Positions 39,901 through 54,900 of a DNA stretch of 64,000 bases are shown here, piece after piece. Numbering within the stretch: the first letter of the stretch is position 1; each line of letters starts with the position of its first letter. The notes below the pieces were generated by a model, which ran no database searches, was not told where the DNA came from, and worked only from the letters and a program-made list of their open reading frames with translations. The translations under genes and the position numbers were made by a program. The stretch comes from Paraphysomonas bandaiensis. Its lineage: Eukaryota; Protista; Chrysophyceae. The DNA lies in the NCBI GenBank assembly GCA_965644295.1, contig CBFFRP010000109.1, positions 1 through 64,000 of the forward strand, given 5' to 3'.

Positions 39901-42900
39901 ACGGCTCAGAGTTAGCTGCTTCATCAACCAAACTGTGAGTTTCAGCAGTTGCTATAGTTGCAACACTGAAAAACGGTGCTACTAGCTCCAAATCAGTTGT
40001 ATCAAACGGTGAAAATCCCCATGAACTCACAATAATTTTGGCATACTGGTCAAAACTGGGACACTCACTAAATCCATTAGCAGGTAGAATAAACGAAGAC
40101 GAGGGGGAGCCGTACGCAATCTCCTCATCAGTCTGCGGGGAACTCAGCTGAAAACCCTGAAGATCAGTTAATAAGTCATACCTAAAGGTGAGGCGCAAGT
40201 TTGGTGAAGTAATAGTGGACGGGGCTTGGCCAGGAATTAAATCAGCCTCAATATTAACGCGGAATGCATTCAATGCCTCATATATGATCTCTGAAATAGT
40301 ATCAAGCTCTTGTGACTGTACAAACTCTGATAAAACCTCTGCAACCTGAGTTTCTATGTGATCAGACTCACTGTCAGCTGAAGTTACTTGTAGTTCACTG
40401 GACAAAGCTCTCAGCGCACTAGCACATAACTCTGATGATCGAACAGAAAGTACCTCATCAAAATTGTAAAACTCAAGAAGCATTTGAGATAACACATCAA
40501 GCTTTTGAGTGCTTGGGCCCATATAATACGACATATTCAAAAGGCCATGACACAGATCACCACGAGCACTATCTCTTGCATGAATCTCTTCCTGAGTTAG
40601 ACTGCAATCCCCCCCTCCAAAACCAGTAAAGCAAGTGCACTTCGCAATACATTCCGTATTTTCAACTGTACAGCTTGAGCCGAATTCGTTATACCGATGG
40701 TCGAAATACTGACACTGACCCTGTCCGGAACACTGAGTCCCATCGTACTTACTGACAGGACATGATTTAAATGGAGCTGTACATATTCCAGCATCACAAA
40801 CACCATAACGACAATCACTATTCAACACGCAAGACTCGCCAGAAATTGCTCCGGCATCTGTACACGCAAAATTCGAATCACCATAAACTCCATCGAAACT
40901 ATCCAAACAAGGACCACAAGTATGACTAGTGTGGAGGCAACTTTCTCTGTTCAGAGCAGAACAGTTTGGTGCCAACGTACAATTAGCTCTTTCCGCCAGA
41001 CCAAGGACATTCACAGCCCCCGATAACAAATCCTGGGCCCCCTCGGTGTCGAAGATATCCGTGAATTCCAATGCCTTAATGATGGCTGGAATTATATCAG
41101 CAAATACGAATGATTCCAGATCCATGGATCGCGAAGCTAAATCCTTGACACCTCTTGCCAAACGTCGTCCCACACCTGCATCGCCGTATATATCGAATAT
41201 ATCACGTTCGCTAAAAGATGACTGGACTACCTCTTCATCTATAGCACCCGAACCCCATATATCTCTCACAATAACAGCACAAGCAACTGAATCACTTTTT
41301 GACGAGAGACCTTCGGGTAATTTAGTGTATTTATACTGAATCTGGCTGGCCGTACTGGCTTTCAGAGTTGCGGTATTTTCGTCAAAAGTATCACCAATTT
41401 GATATAGAAAGTGGAAAGACAAAGGGTAGTCGTCAGTGTTATCTTCCCAGTTAAAAGCTGCAAAGTAATAATCTGTCAGGTATGCTCTTCCTGATAATGG
41501 TGTAACGGACAGGTAACCGCTGGAGGGAGGTGTGTTTGGAGTAACTGATAATTCAGTGTAATACACTGAGTTACTTGAATCAGTAATCGTCAGGCGGAAT
41601 GTGTATGTCACTCCGCCTGTAAGAGTGTTTTCGTAAAGTGAAAGTGGGAACAGAACACCACTGGAAGCTTGTGAAAAAGTGAAATCCCGCTTCAAAGCGC
41701 CCAAACTGGCAGATTCCAATGACAGCTGATTAGACGATACAAGTGACCACTCTGCATGAACTCCACTCGGGTCATCAGATTGCACTGTAGTTTCAACAAC
41801 TAACTTTGAATCAGGATCAACTACAGGAGGCAATTCGTTTATCACAGAAATATCACTTGTTCGATTAGATGATTCAGCATTGACCAGCAGACTCGTGGAA
41901 CTCTTTCTCGTGATACCTGCAACTGTGGAGGACACCGTCAATGCAAATGAGTAGGAATATGTTGCGGTAAGAGTATTAGCCAGCAGTGTAATTTTACTGG
42001 AGGCTATTTCTGCATTAGAAAATGAACTCAAACAATCTTGGCCGAAGTAGGTTGCAGACACGACAGAACAATCCCAGCTATACATCAGTGACGACGAATC
42101 TCCATTCAGGTCACTGTCAAAGGAGAGGGAGCCATCAAGGACGATATCTTTGTTAACAGCAGATTGAATAGAATTCTCACCAATACTATTTATCACCGCA
42201 GTCACACCGCCACGTTTAATATATAACCTGAATGATGCAGTTGACGTTTCTTGCACATTATCATACTTTCCTGTCACAGCAACTGCTACCGTGTAGGTGT
42301 TCCCAACTTCAAAGGTGTATGCAGCAACAGAAAATACACTTGGATTAGTACTGCTGGATAAAATCGATTGTGCTTTCCCTCCTTGTAACACTTCCCAGCT
42401 GTACGTATAATCAGCAGCCACCTTCGACGTTACACCAGCACTGCATATTGACATCGACACAGAAGTTGCCTTCGACAGCGTCATTGATCTCAGCATCGAC
42501 ACATAGTTGGAGCCAGCAATGCTGACAGCTAAAGCCGGCTCCTCTGATAACACCTCTACACGCACAGTCTTGTATGCAGTTGAGCTTTGGAGAAAGTTGC
42601 GTGTTCCTAAGCTGATAAAAAAAGTAGTTTGACGTAATAATGAAGAGGATATCGTAATCAATTTTGTCGTATCATTGTATGATCGTAGTATATTTAGAAT
42701 GGCGCTTGTATCCCCACCGTCCACTGCTGATACCTTCCAATCAATACCCGCCCACATTCTTCCCGCTCGGCCAGTTGACTGTGTGGCGTCAATAGTTAAA
42801 TTTTGGCAGCTGCTGATTTGAGCAGGAACTTTTAGTACGACATTTGCTTCTATAATTCCAGAACCAGTAGCTACGAGTGATGTGTCTCCACTGGAGTACG

Positions 42901-45900
42901 GGTTATTGCAATTACCAGAGACACATGCTGTACGAATGACACCAGGATTCAGAGACAGTGTATCACCAGGAACTAGAGCATTAGCTGCCGGGGTAGTTCC
43001 ATAATGATTGAGTGTTACAATAATTACAGAAGAGTTAGACCAACGACAAGATGCATCATCAACACCATTGAACGAAAATACAAGGTTACATCGCCAAATA
43101 TCTCGTTGTCCACTCAATGCAACAGCCGCTTTGTCAGTAGCAGAGCTGAAATATATCCAAACTGTCTGACCTGCGTATCCGAATACACTGCGCCTTATCG
43201 TAGGAGCTGCATTGGTAACTGCTGAAGGCACGACATCAACAGAAGTATTCGTAAACGAATCGTCGTATTGAGGCTGCCCACTCCCGGTGACATTGAGTTT
43301 AACGTAGACTACTCCACTGGATCCAAAAATTAGAAAGGACTTTTGAAGAATTAAAGATTCCGATGAAAATGAAATTTTGATAGGCCTAGAAAATACCCCT
43401 GCTTGTACAGTGCTGTGGTCTGCGTCGCTATAAAAATGAGGTGTCACAGTAATTTCTGTCCCACTTGCAGGGGCAGACGACAACGAAAACTGCAACAAAT
43501 GGTCATTGAGAGTTGACTGAGACAACCCAGAATATGAACTCAACTCTGAATAAGCATAAACAGGTTTTCTGGTGACCTCAATAGAGTGGCAGCATTGTGT
43601 TGTATAAAAAAATTCTGTTGCTAATGCATCACGATAAGTTCCAACGTTGCCCAAGGAATCCTCTGCATAACTATAGATGAAATAAGTTTGAAACGGTTGT
43701 AAGCCATCAATCTCAATAGTAAAATCTGTGAAGTCGTCCGCTGTTGTAAATTCTGCAGGTGCAACATGAGATAAACCCTGGACTTTGATATCATCTACAT
43801 TTGTGAATTGTGATGGATCTTCGAAAGCACCAAAATATATTATTCCTCCATAAGGTGTAGTTGACACATTGACTGTCACTGCAACAGTCCCTGCTCTTCT
43901 GGTTTCAGCACTTACCGATTGAACAACAGGAATTGTACCCTCCGCAGGGATATAACTTGTGGGAACTAAAGTGGGCAAAACTGGGTGTCGCGTCGTGCCC
44001 AATCTTGTGGGAGTAACAGAAGGCGATGATGTTGGTCGACGTGTCGGGGTTCTAGTTGGAGTAGTGGTGACCATGTGATTTGGAAATGGAGTTGGGCGAT
44101 GAGTGGGTACTAATGTGAAAGCAGCAGCACTGGTCGGGGAAGAAGAAGTAGTCGAGGGGGCAATTGATATATCATTCGTTGGAGACTTCGTGGGAATACA
44201 AGTCGAAGCAATTCTCGAAGGTGCTATTGTTGGAAGATTTATGTCGCCTACAGATGTTGGGATATTTGTATTCGGTCGACTACTTGGTATTGCACTCGGC
44301 GTCATAGTGGGTGTACTGGTAGGCTCGACAGACGGTGAAATCGTCGGAAACAAACTGGGGGCTATGGTTGCTGGTGTACCTGTTGGTACGACTGTTGGGA
44401 GCACTGTGGGTGCATTCGTGTCGCCTACAGATGTTGGGATATTTGTATTCGGTCGACTACTTGGTATTGCACTCGGCGTCATAGTGGGTGTACTGGTAGG
44501 TTCGACAGACGGTGAAATCGTCGGAAACAAACTGGGGGCTATGGTTGCTGGTGTACCTGTTGGTACGACTGTTGGGAGCACTGTGGGTACATTCGTGTCG
44601 CCTACAGATGTTGGGATATTTGTATTCGGTCGACTACTTGGTATTGCACTCGGCGTCATAATGGGTGTACTGGTAGGTTCGACAGACGGTGAAATCGTCG
44701 GAAACAAACTGGGGGCTATGGTTGCTGGTGTACCTGTTGGTACGACTGTTGGGAGCACTGTGGGTGCATTCGTGTCGCCTACAGATGTTGGGATATTTGT
44801 ATTCGGTCGACTACTTGGTATTGCACTCGGCGTCATAATGGGTGTACTGGTAGGTTCGACAGACGGTGAAATCGTCGGAAACAAACTGGGGGCTATGGTT
44901 GCTGGTGTACCTGTTGGTACGACTGTTGGGAGCACTGTGGGTGCATTCGTGTCGCCTACAGATGTTGGGATATTTGTATTCGGTCGACTACTTGGTATTG
45001 CACTCGGCGTCATAATGGGTGTACTGGTAGGTTCGACAGACGGTGAAATCGTCGGAAACAAACTGGGGGCTATGGTTGCTGGTGTACCTGTTGGTACGAC
45101 TGTTGGGAGCACTGTGGGTACATTCGTGTCGCCTACAGATGTTGGGATATTTGTATTCGGTCGACTACTTGGTATTGCACTCGGCGTCATAATGGGTGTA
45201 CTGGTAGGTTCGACAGACGGTGAAATCGTCGGAAACAAACTGGGGGCTATGGTTGCTGGTGTACCTGTTGGTACGACTGTTGGGAGCACTGTGGGTGCAT
45301 TCGTGTCGCCTACAGATGTTGGGATATTTGTATTCGGTCGACTACTTGGTATTGCACTCGGCGTCATAGTGGGTGTACTGGTAGGTTCGACAGACGGTGA
45401 AATCGTCGGAAACAAACTGGGGGCTATGGTTGCTGGTGTACCTGTTGGTACGACTGTTGGGAGCACTGTGGGTGCATTCGTGTCGCCTACAGATGTTGGG
45501 ATATTTGTATTCGGTCGACTACTTGGTATTGCACTCGGCGTCATAATGGGTGTACTGGTAGGTTCGACAGACGGTGAAATCGTCGGAAACAAACTGGGGG
45601 CTATGGTTGCTGGTGTACCTGTTGGTACGACTGTTGGGAGCACTGTGGGTGCATTCGTGTCGCCTACAGATGTTGGGATATTTGTATTCGGTCGACTACT
45701 TGGTATTGCACTCGGCGTCATAATGGGTGTACTGGTAGGTTCGACAGACGGTGAAATCGTCGGAAACAAACTGGGGGCTATGGTTGCTGGTGTACCTGTT
45801 GGTACGACTGTTGGGAGCACTGTGGGTACATTCGTGTCGCCTACAGATGTTGGGATATTTGTATTCGGTCGACTACTTGGTATTGCACTCGGCGTCATAA

Positions 45901-48900
45901 TGGGTGTACTGGTAGGTTCGACAGACGGTGAAATCGTCGGAAACAAACTGGGGGCTATGGTTGCTGGTGTACCTGTTGGTACGACTGTTGGGAGCACTGT
46001 GGGTGCATTCGTGTCGCCTACAGATGTTGGGATATTTGTATTCGGTCGACTACTTGGTATTGCACTCGGCGTCATAGTGGGTGTACTGGTAGGTTCGACA
46101 GACGGTGAAATCGTCGGAAACAAACTGGGGGAAAGCGCAAAATCATTTGTTGGAGAATGAGTAGGGGGATTAGTCGTATCAGTAGACGTCGGACACAAGT
46201 CAAGTTCAGGTTCTACGACGAGGTTTAAATTGTCCTTTTCAATCAAGCACTGTGCAACACAATCGAAATTGTTTCTATTACTTGATGACGCAGATGAATC
46301 GTGCGCTATCAGTGTTTGAAGCGGAAGATCACAGAGGGAAGCAGGAATCTGGCCTCTGTAGCCATTACTACTGATATCTAAGTATGTCAACGACCACATT
46401 AACGAAAATATCCCGAAAGAATTGTCGACGAAGTCACTCTGGAGTCTTCTGACTTGAGTTTGATCCAGAGATAACACCCGCCGAGATGACATTCCGAAGC
46501 GGTTGCCCTGTAAATATAAGGTTCGGAGATTCGCCAGTTGACCGAGTTCTTGTGGTATCGGTCCAGCCAAATCATTAGACGAAAAATCTATCACGGTGAG
46601 ATGAGAAAGAGATCCTGTTCTTGACGGAATCGTTCCAGTTAGGCCAAGACCATTTAAAACCAAGCCAATAATATGGCCATCCTCATCACAATTCATACCA
46701 GTCCAATTATCCTGGCAAACAGTGTTGTTATTTGATGTTATCGGATCACCATTGCTATCACATGTCCAGCCATTTACAGAATACTCTGACAGTGACAAAG
46801 CGCTGGTGATATCGCAAAGAGCACCTCCTATATTAATCGTTGGTACAGCAGTTGGGGATTTAGAAGGAGACGAAGTCATCATGCGACTTGGACTCATAGT
46901 TGATGTGCTGGTGGGTTCAATTGAAAGATAACTAGTGGGGTACAGACTCGGATTCGATAATATTGACGGCAACGACGTCGGGATTGGACTTGGTAAAATA
47001 ACCGTACTATGGGTTGGGTGTAGCGTAGGAGCTGATGTTGGAATGGATGTATCGAGGTCTGTTCCTGGGCGATCATTGCATACATCGGAAATGGTTTTAA
47101 GCCTCAAGGGTCTGCAAATTGAATCTATAATAGAAAAGAAGAGCTCTTGTGAAGCTGCTCCAATAACACCACAAAAATTCCAAGTTATATTAGCGGTGTG
47201 AGGATATAATAGCCCAGTGACTCTGAAACTATACTCGCCATCAACCAAGCACGTATTGCATTCCGACGATCCGTCATCAGCAACGTCGGCAGCAGCACTC
47301 CACGGAATTCCAAATGCTTGGATTTCACCTTTGCTCAAGATGTCTGAAATAAACCAACCAGCGTTGCTATATTCATTGACAACTGCACTGGTGTTTGCGC
47401 TAATGACAGTACCATAAGTTTCAACAACCAAACCAGTACAAGCACCACTATCCGATGCCTGTATTCCACATGTATTACTTTCTTCGGGAGTGACCCACAG
47501 GTTGTCCCACCACACCAAGCTGTACAAACTGCTTACCGCAGAGTAATCAAACACCAAACTTGTATTGTAGCCACCATAGTATATATCCTGTGCAACACCA
47601 TCCAGAACAAATTGCACATCCCATTGCACCTCCCAGTAGTAGTCGGGAGCTAAATCGTCTGTATTGTGAAGTGACTTCAAAGTTAAATGGTACGAGTGGT
47701 CTTCATGTGAATAATAGTTCGGAAGGCAACCACTCAATACAGTGAGGTTACACGACGAAAGGGATATACTTGAAGTTTGATTACTATCATTTAAATTCCC
47801 AATTTCAAGTGAATAGTACAAACTGATTCTAGGGTCCCAACCGTCACCAAAGGTATCACGTATAGTGATGTATAAACATGTGTCATTTTCGCCAAGTGGA
47901 AATAACTCATTCGATGTCGGGCCCAGAGTTGGCGTTGAAGTTGGAACAGGAGTCGTCGGTATAACAGTCGGGTGCGATGACGGGATATATTCTATCTGCG
48001 GAGTAAAAACAGCCATACACACAAAGCAAGACGGCTCAAAAACCTGTGTGCCGACTGCTAAAGTGAAAACATCTTCGGGGGTGGAATGGGTGGTTTCTTC
48101 ATCCACGCACTGATCCTCCTGGGTAATGATGCTCGCACCAGTCGTAGTGCGATCAAATGCACGTAAACCAGTTGAGTCAGTCAAACTGGTAGAGCTACCG
48201 ACGATACCATAAATGCCTGGAGGAAGTATATATGTATATTGAAAATCAATCAACCGCCTTACATTCGTCACGTCATTGAATACAGCAGTCTCAAATGACA
48301 AGCCTTCCACACAACTTAACGATACCCCACCAGAAAAGGACATATATGACAGTGTCTCAGCAGCTTCATTCATCACATAATATGATTCATCCGTCGAATC
48401 ATGGGGTTGCAAAACAGCACGGAAAAATCGAAGACCAACATTACGGGTACGTGGAATCAATAGCCGATCATATACCAAAGTCTGGAGCTGAAGTATCACT
48501 CCAACAATCGTACCAGTAGGATACGCACAATAGAGTGTTGAAGATTCACATCCCGTCGGAAAATTAAATCTGACAAAATTAGCGTCGTTGGTCGGGTCGC
48601 TATCTTGTCTGGTAATTGGTCCACTACCAACCATGAAAAAACTTCCAGACAAATTGTACGCACCATGCTCAACAACTAACCATGATAACGATAATGGAGG
48701 AGATATTGGCACAGGAACTGCCCACTCTTTGGAACAGAAACTGTCGTTGGCTTGATAGATTCGAGTTTCAAAACTGACTCTGCCCAAAGACGTTACAACA
48801 TTCCGAACTCGGGCTATGGCAGGAAAACCCTCAGATGAAGTATCACCCGGAATATTAGGAAGACTAACAAACACACTTGCATTCATAAACGAGTTTACAG

Positions 48901-51900
48901 TAGTCGTCACTGTGACCCATTCCTGGTCATCTACTCCAGCGAAACCTCCCTCAAGCCAAATAGATGCAATTGGTTCTTTGGTTATTATATTGTGTATATT
49001 TCTTTCAGTGCTGTTGTTATCGGGGCATAATGCTGTTGGAGTTGTACTAGGAACCTCAGTTGCTAGTCGAGAAGCCTCAGATGTCGGAGAAGTTGTCGGG
49101 AGAATTGAAGGACTATGAGTACCACCGATGGAGGGGGACGTTGACGGAGAGTGAACTGTTTGAGGAGTAAACAGTGCCATACAAATGGTGCATGAATCAT
49201 CCTGTACATCTTCCCCAACCACTAAAGTAAACACAACTTCCGCAGTAGTATGAGCGGTTTCCTCGTCTACGCATTGGTCTTCTTGAATAATAATACTAGC
49301 ACCAGTCGAGGACCGATCAAACGCACGCAAACCAGTTGAATCAGCTAAACTAATTGCACTACCGACTATACCAAATATACCAGGAGCCATGGTGTACCTG
49401 TACTTGAAATCAATGTGCCGATTACTATCAGTAACACCATCAAATATTGCCCCCTCCAGTGTTAGTCCTTCAACACAACTTATGGCAACACCATCCGCAA
49501 ATGAAAAATACGCTAATGTTTCGGCTGTCTCATTCATTACATAGTACGACGGGTCTGACGAATCGTGTGGCTGCAAAACAGCTCGGAAGAAACGACGACC
49601 CACCAATAGAGTGCGAGGTATTAACAAACGGTCATATACCAAAGTCTGCAACTGCAAAACCACTCCAGCATCTACACCATCTGGGTACGCACAGAATATA
49701 GTAGACGACTCGCAGCCTGCAGGGAAATTGAAACGAATAAAATTGTTATCGTTAGTAACATCTTCGTTTTCACGAGTGATCGGGCCTGAGCCAACAACAA
49801 ACATATTGTTTGACACGTTATACACACCATGCTCAGCTACAAGCCACGACAGTGTCATTGGTGGATAAATAGGCTGTGGAATCGCCCACTCTTTTGAACA
49901 GAAACTGTCATTTGCTTGATAAATACGTGTCTCGAAAGTAACTGATCCAGTTGTCTGCACATTTCTAACTCTAGCGATCGCAGGGAACCCATCTGAAGGT
50001 GAATCGCCAGGTATATTAGGAAGACTCACAAATACACTAGCATTTCGGAAATTGGTCAATACCGTTGTCACGGTAACCCATTCCTGGTCATCAACACCAG
50101 CGTAACCACCTTCTAACCAAAGATCCGAAACTCCGTGTTTTGTAACCATGTCTACGACATTTGTACTGGAATTTGAAATTCGAGGACACAAAGGTGTTGG
50201 AATCGAAGTTGGGGAAGTAGGAGCCCATGTCGAGGTTGGTGCAACCGAAAGAGTAGGTGAAATCGAAGGTGAAGAAGATGAAGGCTTAAACGAAGGAGAA
50301 CTTGATGGCATATGAGTTGGCTGCGAAGTTATCACTGCACCCTCAGGACTAAACACAGCATTGCACACAAGACATGAAACTGAATCCGCCCTTTCACCAA
50401 CTGCTAAAGTGAAAACATCTTCGGGGGTGGAATGGGTGGTTTCTTCATCCACGCACTGATCCTCCTGGGTAATGATGCTCGCACCAGTCGTAGTGCGATC
50501 AAATGCACGTAAACCAGTTGAGTCAGTCAAACTGGTAGAGCTACCGACGATACCATAAATGCCTGGAGGAAGTATATATGTATATTGAAAATCAATCAAC
50601 CGCCTTACATTCGTCACGTCATTGAATACAGCAGTCTCAAATGACAAGCCTTCCACACAACTTAACGATACCCCACCAGAAAAGGACATATATGACAGTG
50701 TCTCAGCAGCTTCATTCATCACATAATATGATTCATCCGTCGAATCATGGGGTTGCAAAACAGCACGGAAAAATCGAAGACCAACATTACGGGTACGTGG
50801 AATCAATAGCCGATCATATACCAAAGTCTGGAGCTGAAGTATCACTCCAACAATCGTACCAGTAGGATACGCACAATAGAGTGTTGAAGATTCACATCCC
50901 GTCGGAAAATTAAATCTGACAAAATTAGCGTCGTTGGTCGGGTCGCTATCTTGTCTGGTAATTGGTCCACTACCAACCATGAAAAAACTTCCAGACAAAT
51001 TGTACGCACCATGCTCAACAACTAACCATGATAACGATAATGGAGGAGATATTGGCTCAGGAACTGCCCACTCTTTGGAACAGAAACTGTCGTTGGCTTG
51101 ATAGATTCGAGTTTCAAAACTGACTCTGCCCGAAGACGTTACAACATTCCGAACTCGGGCTATGGCAGGAAAACCCTCAGATGAAGTATCACCCGGAATA
51201 TTAGGAAGACTAACAAACACACTTGCATTCATAAACGAGTTTACAGTAGTCGTCACTGTGACCCATTCCTGGTCATCTACTCCAGCGAAACCTCCCTCAA
51301 GCCAAATAGATGTGACTTCTTCTTTCGTCACCAAATTGAATAAATCTCCTGCTTCCTTAGTACCACAAGACGAATTTACGATAGTAGGTAATGATGACCC
51401 TGCTGTGCTAGTAAACGTAGGAGACACTGTCGGAAACAGACTGGGGGAGGGGGTCTGGTCACTAGTGGCAGCAAATGACGGCACAAGGGTAGGTAACACG
51501 GATGGTGTACATGTCGGGGACGAGGTGGGGAAAATAGACGGAGAAGCTGTAGGAGAATTAGATAGGTGCTCACTTGGAGCGAGAGTTGGTAGACTTGTGG
51601 GGTGTAATGTTGTTGACAGCACTGTCGGCATCGAAGTTGTCGGTAATGAAGTTGGCAACTTAGTCAAGTTATCAACCGGCCCTGCTCCTGTGGGCAGAGT
51701 TGTTGGGGAAAGACTGTTTATTTCCGTGGGAAAGGAGGTTGTCAGTGCAGTAGTGGGTAATAACGTCGGGCCCGTTGTTGGTAAACCAGACGGCGACAAA
51801 GTGAAAGATACTGTTGGCAAGCTCGACGGGGTAAACGTGGGAGAAATGGACGGGCAACGTGAGGGGCTTACACTTGGATTCATAGTAGGACTCATGCTGG

Positions 51901-54900
51901 GTTGATTAGTTGGCAGAGTCGAAAGCGAGGGTGAAATCGTAGGGCTTGAAGACTCCCGAGTAAACACTGTGCGGCAAACTATACATGATGATACTTCATC
52001 CTGCTCACCTACAACAAATGTAAAGACCGTCTCCTTAGTCGTGTGAGTTGTCTCCTCATCCACGCACTGATCCTCCTGGGTAATGATACTTGCACCAGTC
52101 GTAGTGCGATCAAATGCACGTAAACCAGTTGAGTCAGTCAAACTGGTAGAGCTACCGACGATGCCATAAATGCCGGGGGGGGCAGAAAATGTAAACTGAA
52201 AATCAATCAACCGCCTTACATTCGTCACGTCATTGAATACAGCAGTCTCCAGGGACAAACCGGATACACAACTTAACGATACCCCACCAGAAAAGGACAT
52301 ATATGACAGTGTCTCAGCAGCTTCATTCATCACATAATATGATTCATCCGTCGAATCATGGGGTTGCAAAACAGCACGGAAAAATCGAAGACCAACATTA
52401 CGGGTACGTGGAATCAATAGCCGATCATATACCAAAGTCTGGAGCTGAAGTATCACTCCAACAATCGTACCAGTAGGATACGCACAATAGAGTGTTGAAG
52501 ATTCACATCCCGTCGGAAAATTAAATCTGACAAAATTAGCGTCGTTGGTCGGGTCGCTATCTTGTCTGGTAATTGGTCCACTACCAACCATGAAAAAACT
52601 TCCAGACAAATTGTACGCACCATGCTCAACAACTAACCATGATAACGATAATGGAGGAGATATTGGCTCAGGAACTGCCCACTCTTTGGAACAGAAACTG
52701 TCGTTGGCTTGATAGATTCGAGTTTCAAAACTGACTCTGCCCAAAGACGTTACAACATTCCGAACTCGGGCTATGGCAGGAAAACCCTCAGATGAAGTAT
52801 CACCCGGAATATTAGGAAGACTAACAAACACACTTGCATTCATAAACGAGTTTACAGTAGTCGTCACTGTGACCCATTCCTGGTCATCTACTCCAGCGAA
52901 ACCTCCCTCAAGCCAAATAGATGTGACTTCTTCTTTCGTCACCAAATTGAATAAATCTCCTGCTTCCTTAGTACCACAAGACGAATTTACGATAGTAGGT
53001 AATGATGACCCTGCTGTGCTAGTAAACGTAGGAGACACTGTCGGAAACAGACTGGGGGAGGGGGTCTGGTCACTAGTGGCAGCAAATGACGGCACAAGGG
53101 TAGGTAACACGGATGGTGTACATGTCGGGGACGAGGTGGGGAAAATAGACGGAGAAGCTGTAGGAGAATTAGATAGGTGCTCACTTGGAGCGAGAGTTGG
53201 TAGACTTGTGGGGTGTAATGTTGTTGACAGCACTGTCGGCATCGAAGTTGTCGGTAATGAAGTTGGCAACTTAGTCAAGTTATCAACCGGCCCTGCTCCT
53301 GTGGGCAGAGTTGTTGGGGAAAGACTGTTTATTTCCGTGGGAAAGGAGGTTGTCAGTGCAGTAGTGGGTAATAACGTCGGGCCCGTTGTTGGTAAACCAG
53401 ACGGCGACAAAGTGAAAGATACTGTTGGCAAGCTCGACGGGGTAAACGTGGGAGAAATGGACGGGCAACGTGAGGGGCTTACACTTGGATTCATAGTAGG
53501 ACTCATGCTGGGTTGATTAGTTGGCAGAGTCGAAAGCGAGGGTGAAATCGTAGGGCTTGAAGACTCCCGAGTAAACACTGTGCGGCAAACTATACATGAT
53601 GATACTTCATCCTGCTCACCTACAACAAATGTAAAGACCGTCTCCTTAGTCGTGTGAGTTGTCTCCTCATCCACGCACTGATCCTCCTGGGTAATGATAC
53701 TTGCACCAGTCGTAGTGCGATCAAATGCACGTAAACCAGTTGAGTCAGTCAAACTGGTAGAGCTACCGACGATGCCATAAATGCCGGGGGGCAGAAAATG
53801 TAAACTGAAAATCAATCAACCGCCTTACATTCGTCACGTCATTGAATACAGCAGTCTCCAGGGACAAACCGGATACACAACTTAACGATACCCCACCAGA
53901 AAAGGACATATATGACAGTGTCTCAGCAGCTTCATTCATCACATAATATGATTCATCCGTCGAATCATGGGGTTGCAAAACAGCACGGAAAAATCGAAGA
54001 CCAACATTACGGGTACGTGGAATCAATAGCCGATCATATACCAAAGTCTGGAGCTGAAGTATCACTCCAACAATCGTACCAGTAGGATACGCACAATAGA
54101 GTGTTGAAGATTCACATCCCGTCGGAAAATTAAATCTGACAAAATTAGCGTCGTTGGTCGGGTCGCTATCTTGTCTGGTAATTGGTCCACTACCAACCAT
54201 GAAAAAACTTCCAGACAAATTGTACGCACCATGCTCAACAACTAACCATGATAACGATAATGGAGGAGATATTGGCTCAGGAACTGCCCACTCTTTGGAA
54301 CAGAAACTGTCGTTGGCTTGATAGATTCGAGTTTCAAAACTGACTCTGCCCGAAGACGTTACAACATTCCGAACTCGGGCTATGGCAGGAAAACCCTCAG
54401 ATGAAGTATCACCCGGAATATTAGGAAGACTAACAAACACACTTGCATTCATAAACGAGTTTACAGTAGTCGTCACTGTGACCCATTCCTGGTCATCTAC
54501 TCCAGCGAAACCTCCCTCAAGCCAAATAGATGTGACTTCTTCTTTCGTCACCAAATTGAATAAATCTCCTGCTTCCTTAGTACCACAAGACGAATTTACG
54601 ATAGTAGGTAATGATGACCCTGCTGTGCTAGTAAACGTAGGAGACACTGTCGGAAACAGACTGGGGGAGGGGGTCTGGTCACTAGTGACAGCAAATGACG
54701 GCACAAGGGTAGGTAACACGGATGGTGTACATGTCGGGGACGAGGTGGGGAAAATAGACGGAGAAGCTGTAGGAGAATTAGATAGGTGCTCACTTGGAGC
54801 GAGAGTTGGTAGAATGGTTGGCACGGAAGACTGTCCACTTGTTGGACGCGCTGAGGGTGATAACATTGGAGGTCCAGTTGGGATATGGAACACTGGGGGA

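Noticed and set aside
44243-46130. CRISPR-like array
   Set aside because: Units are contiguous, near-identical and in-frame coding, with no unique spacers; eukaryotic context.
44103-46160. 685-aa plus-strand V/G-rich ORF (also the 247-aa and 183-aa ORFs at 51162, 52773 and 54382)
   Set aside because: Antisense shadows of P/T/S repeats; stop-free because of codon composition.
53763-53815. Two separate genes, or an intron at the ORF overlap
   Set aside because: The sequence is collinear with the sister repeat except for 2 G, leaving no room for an intron or promoter.
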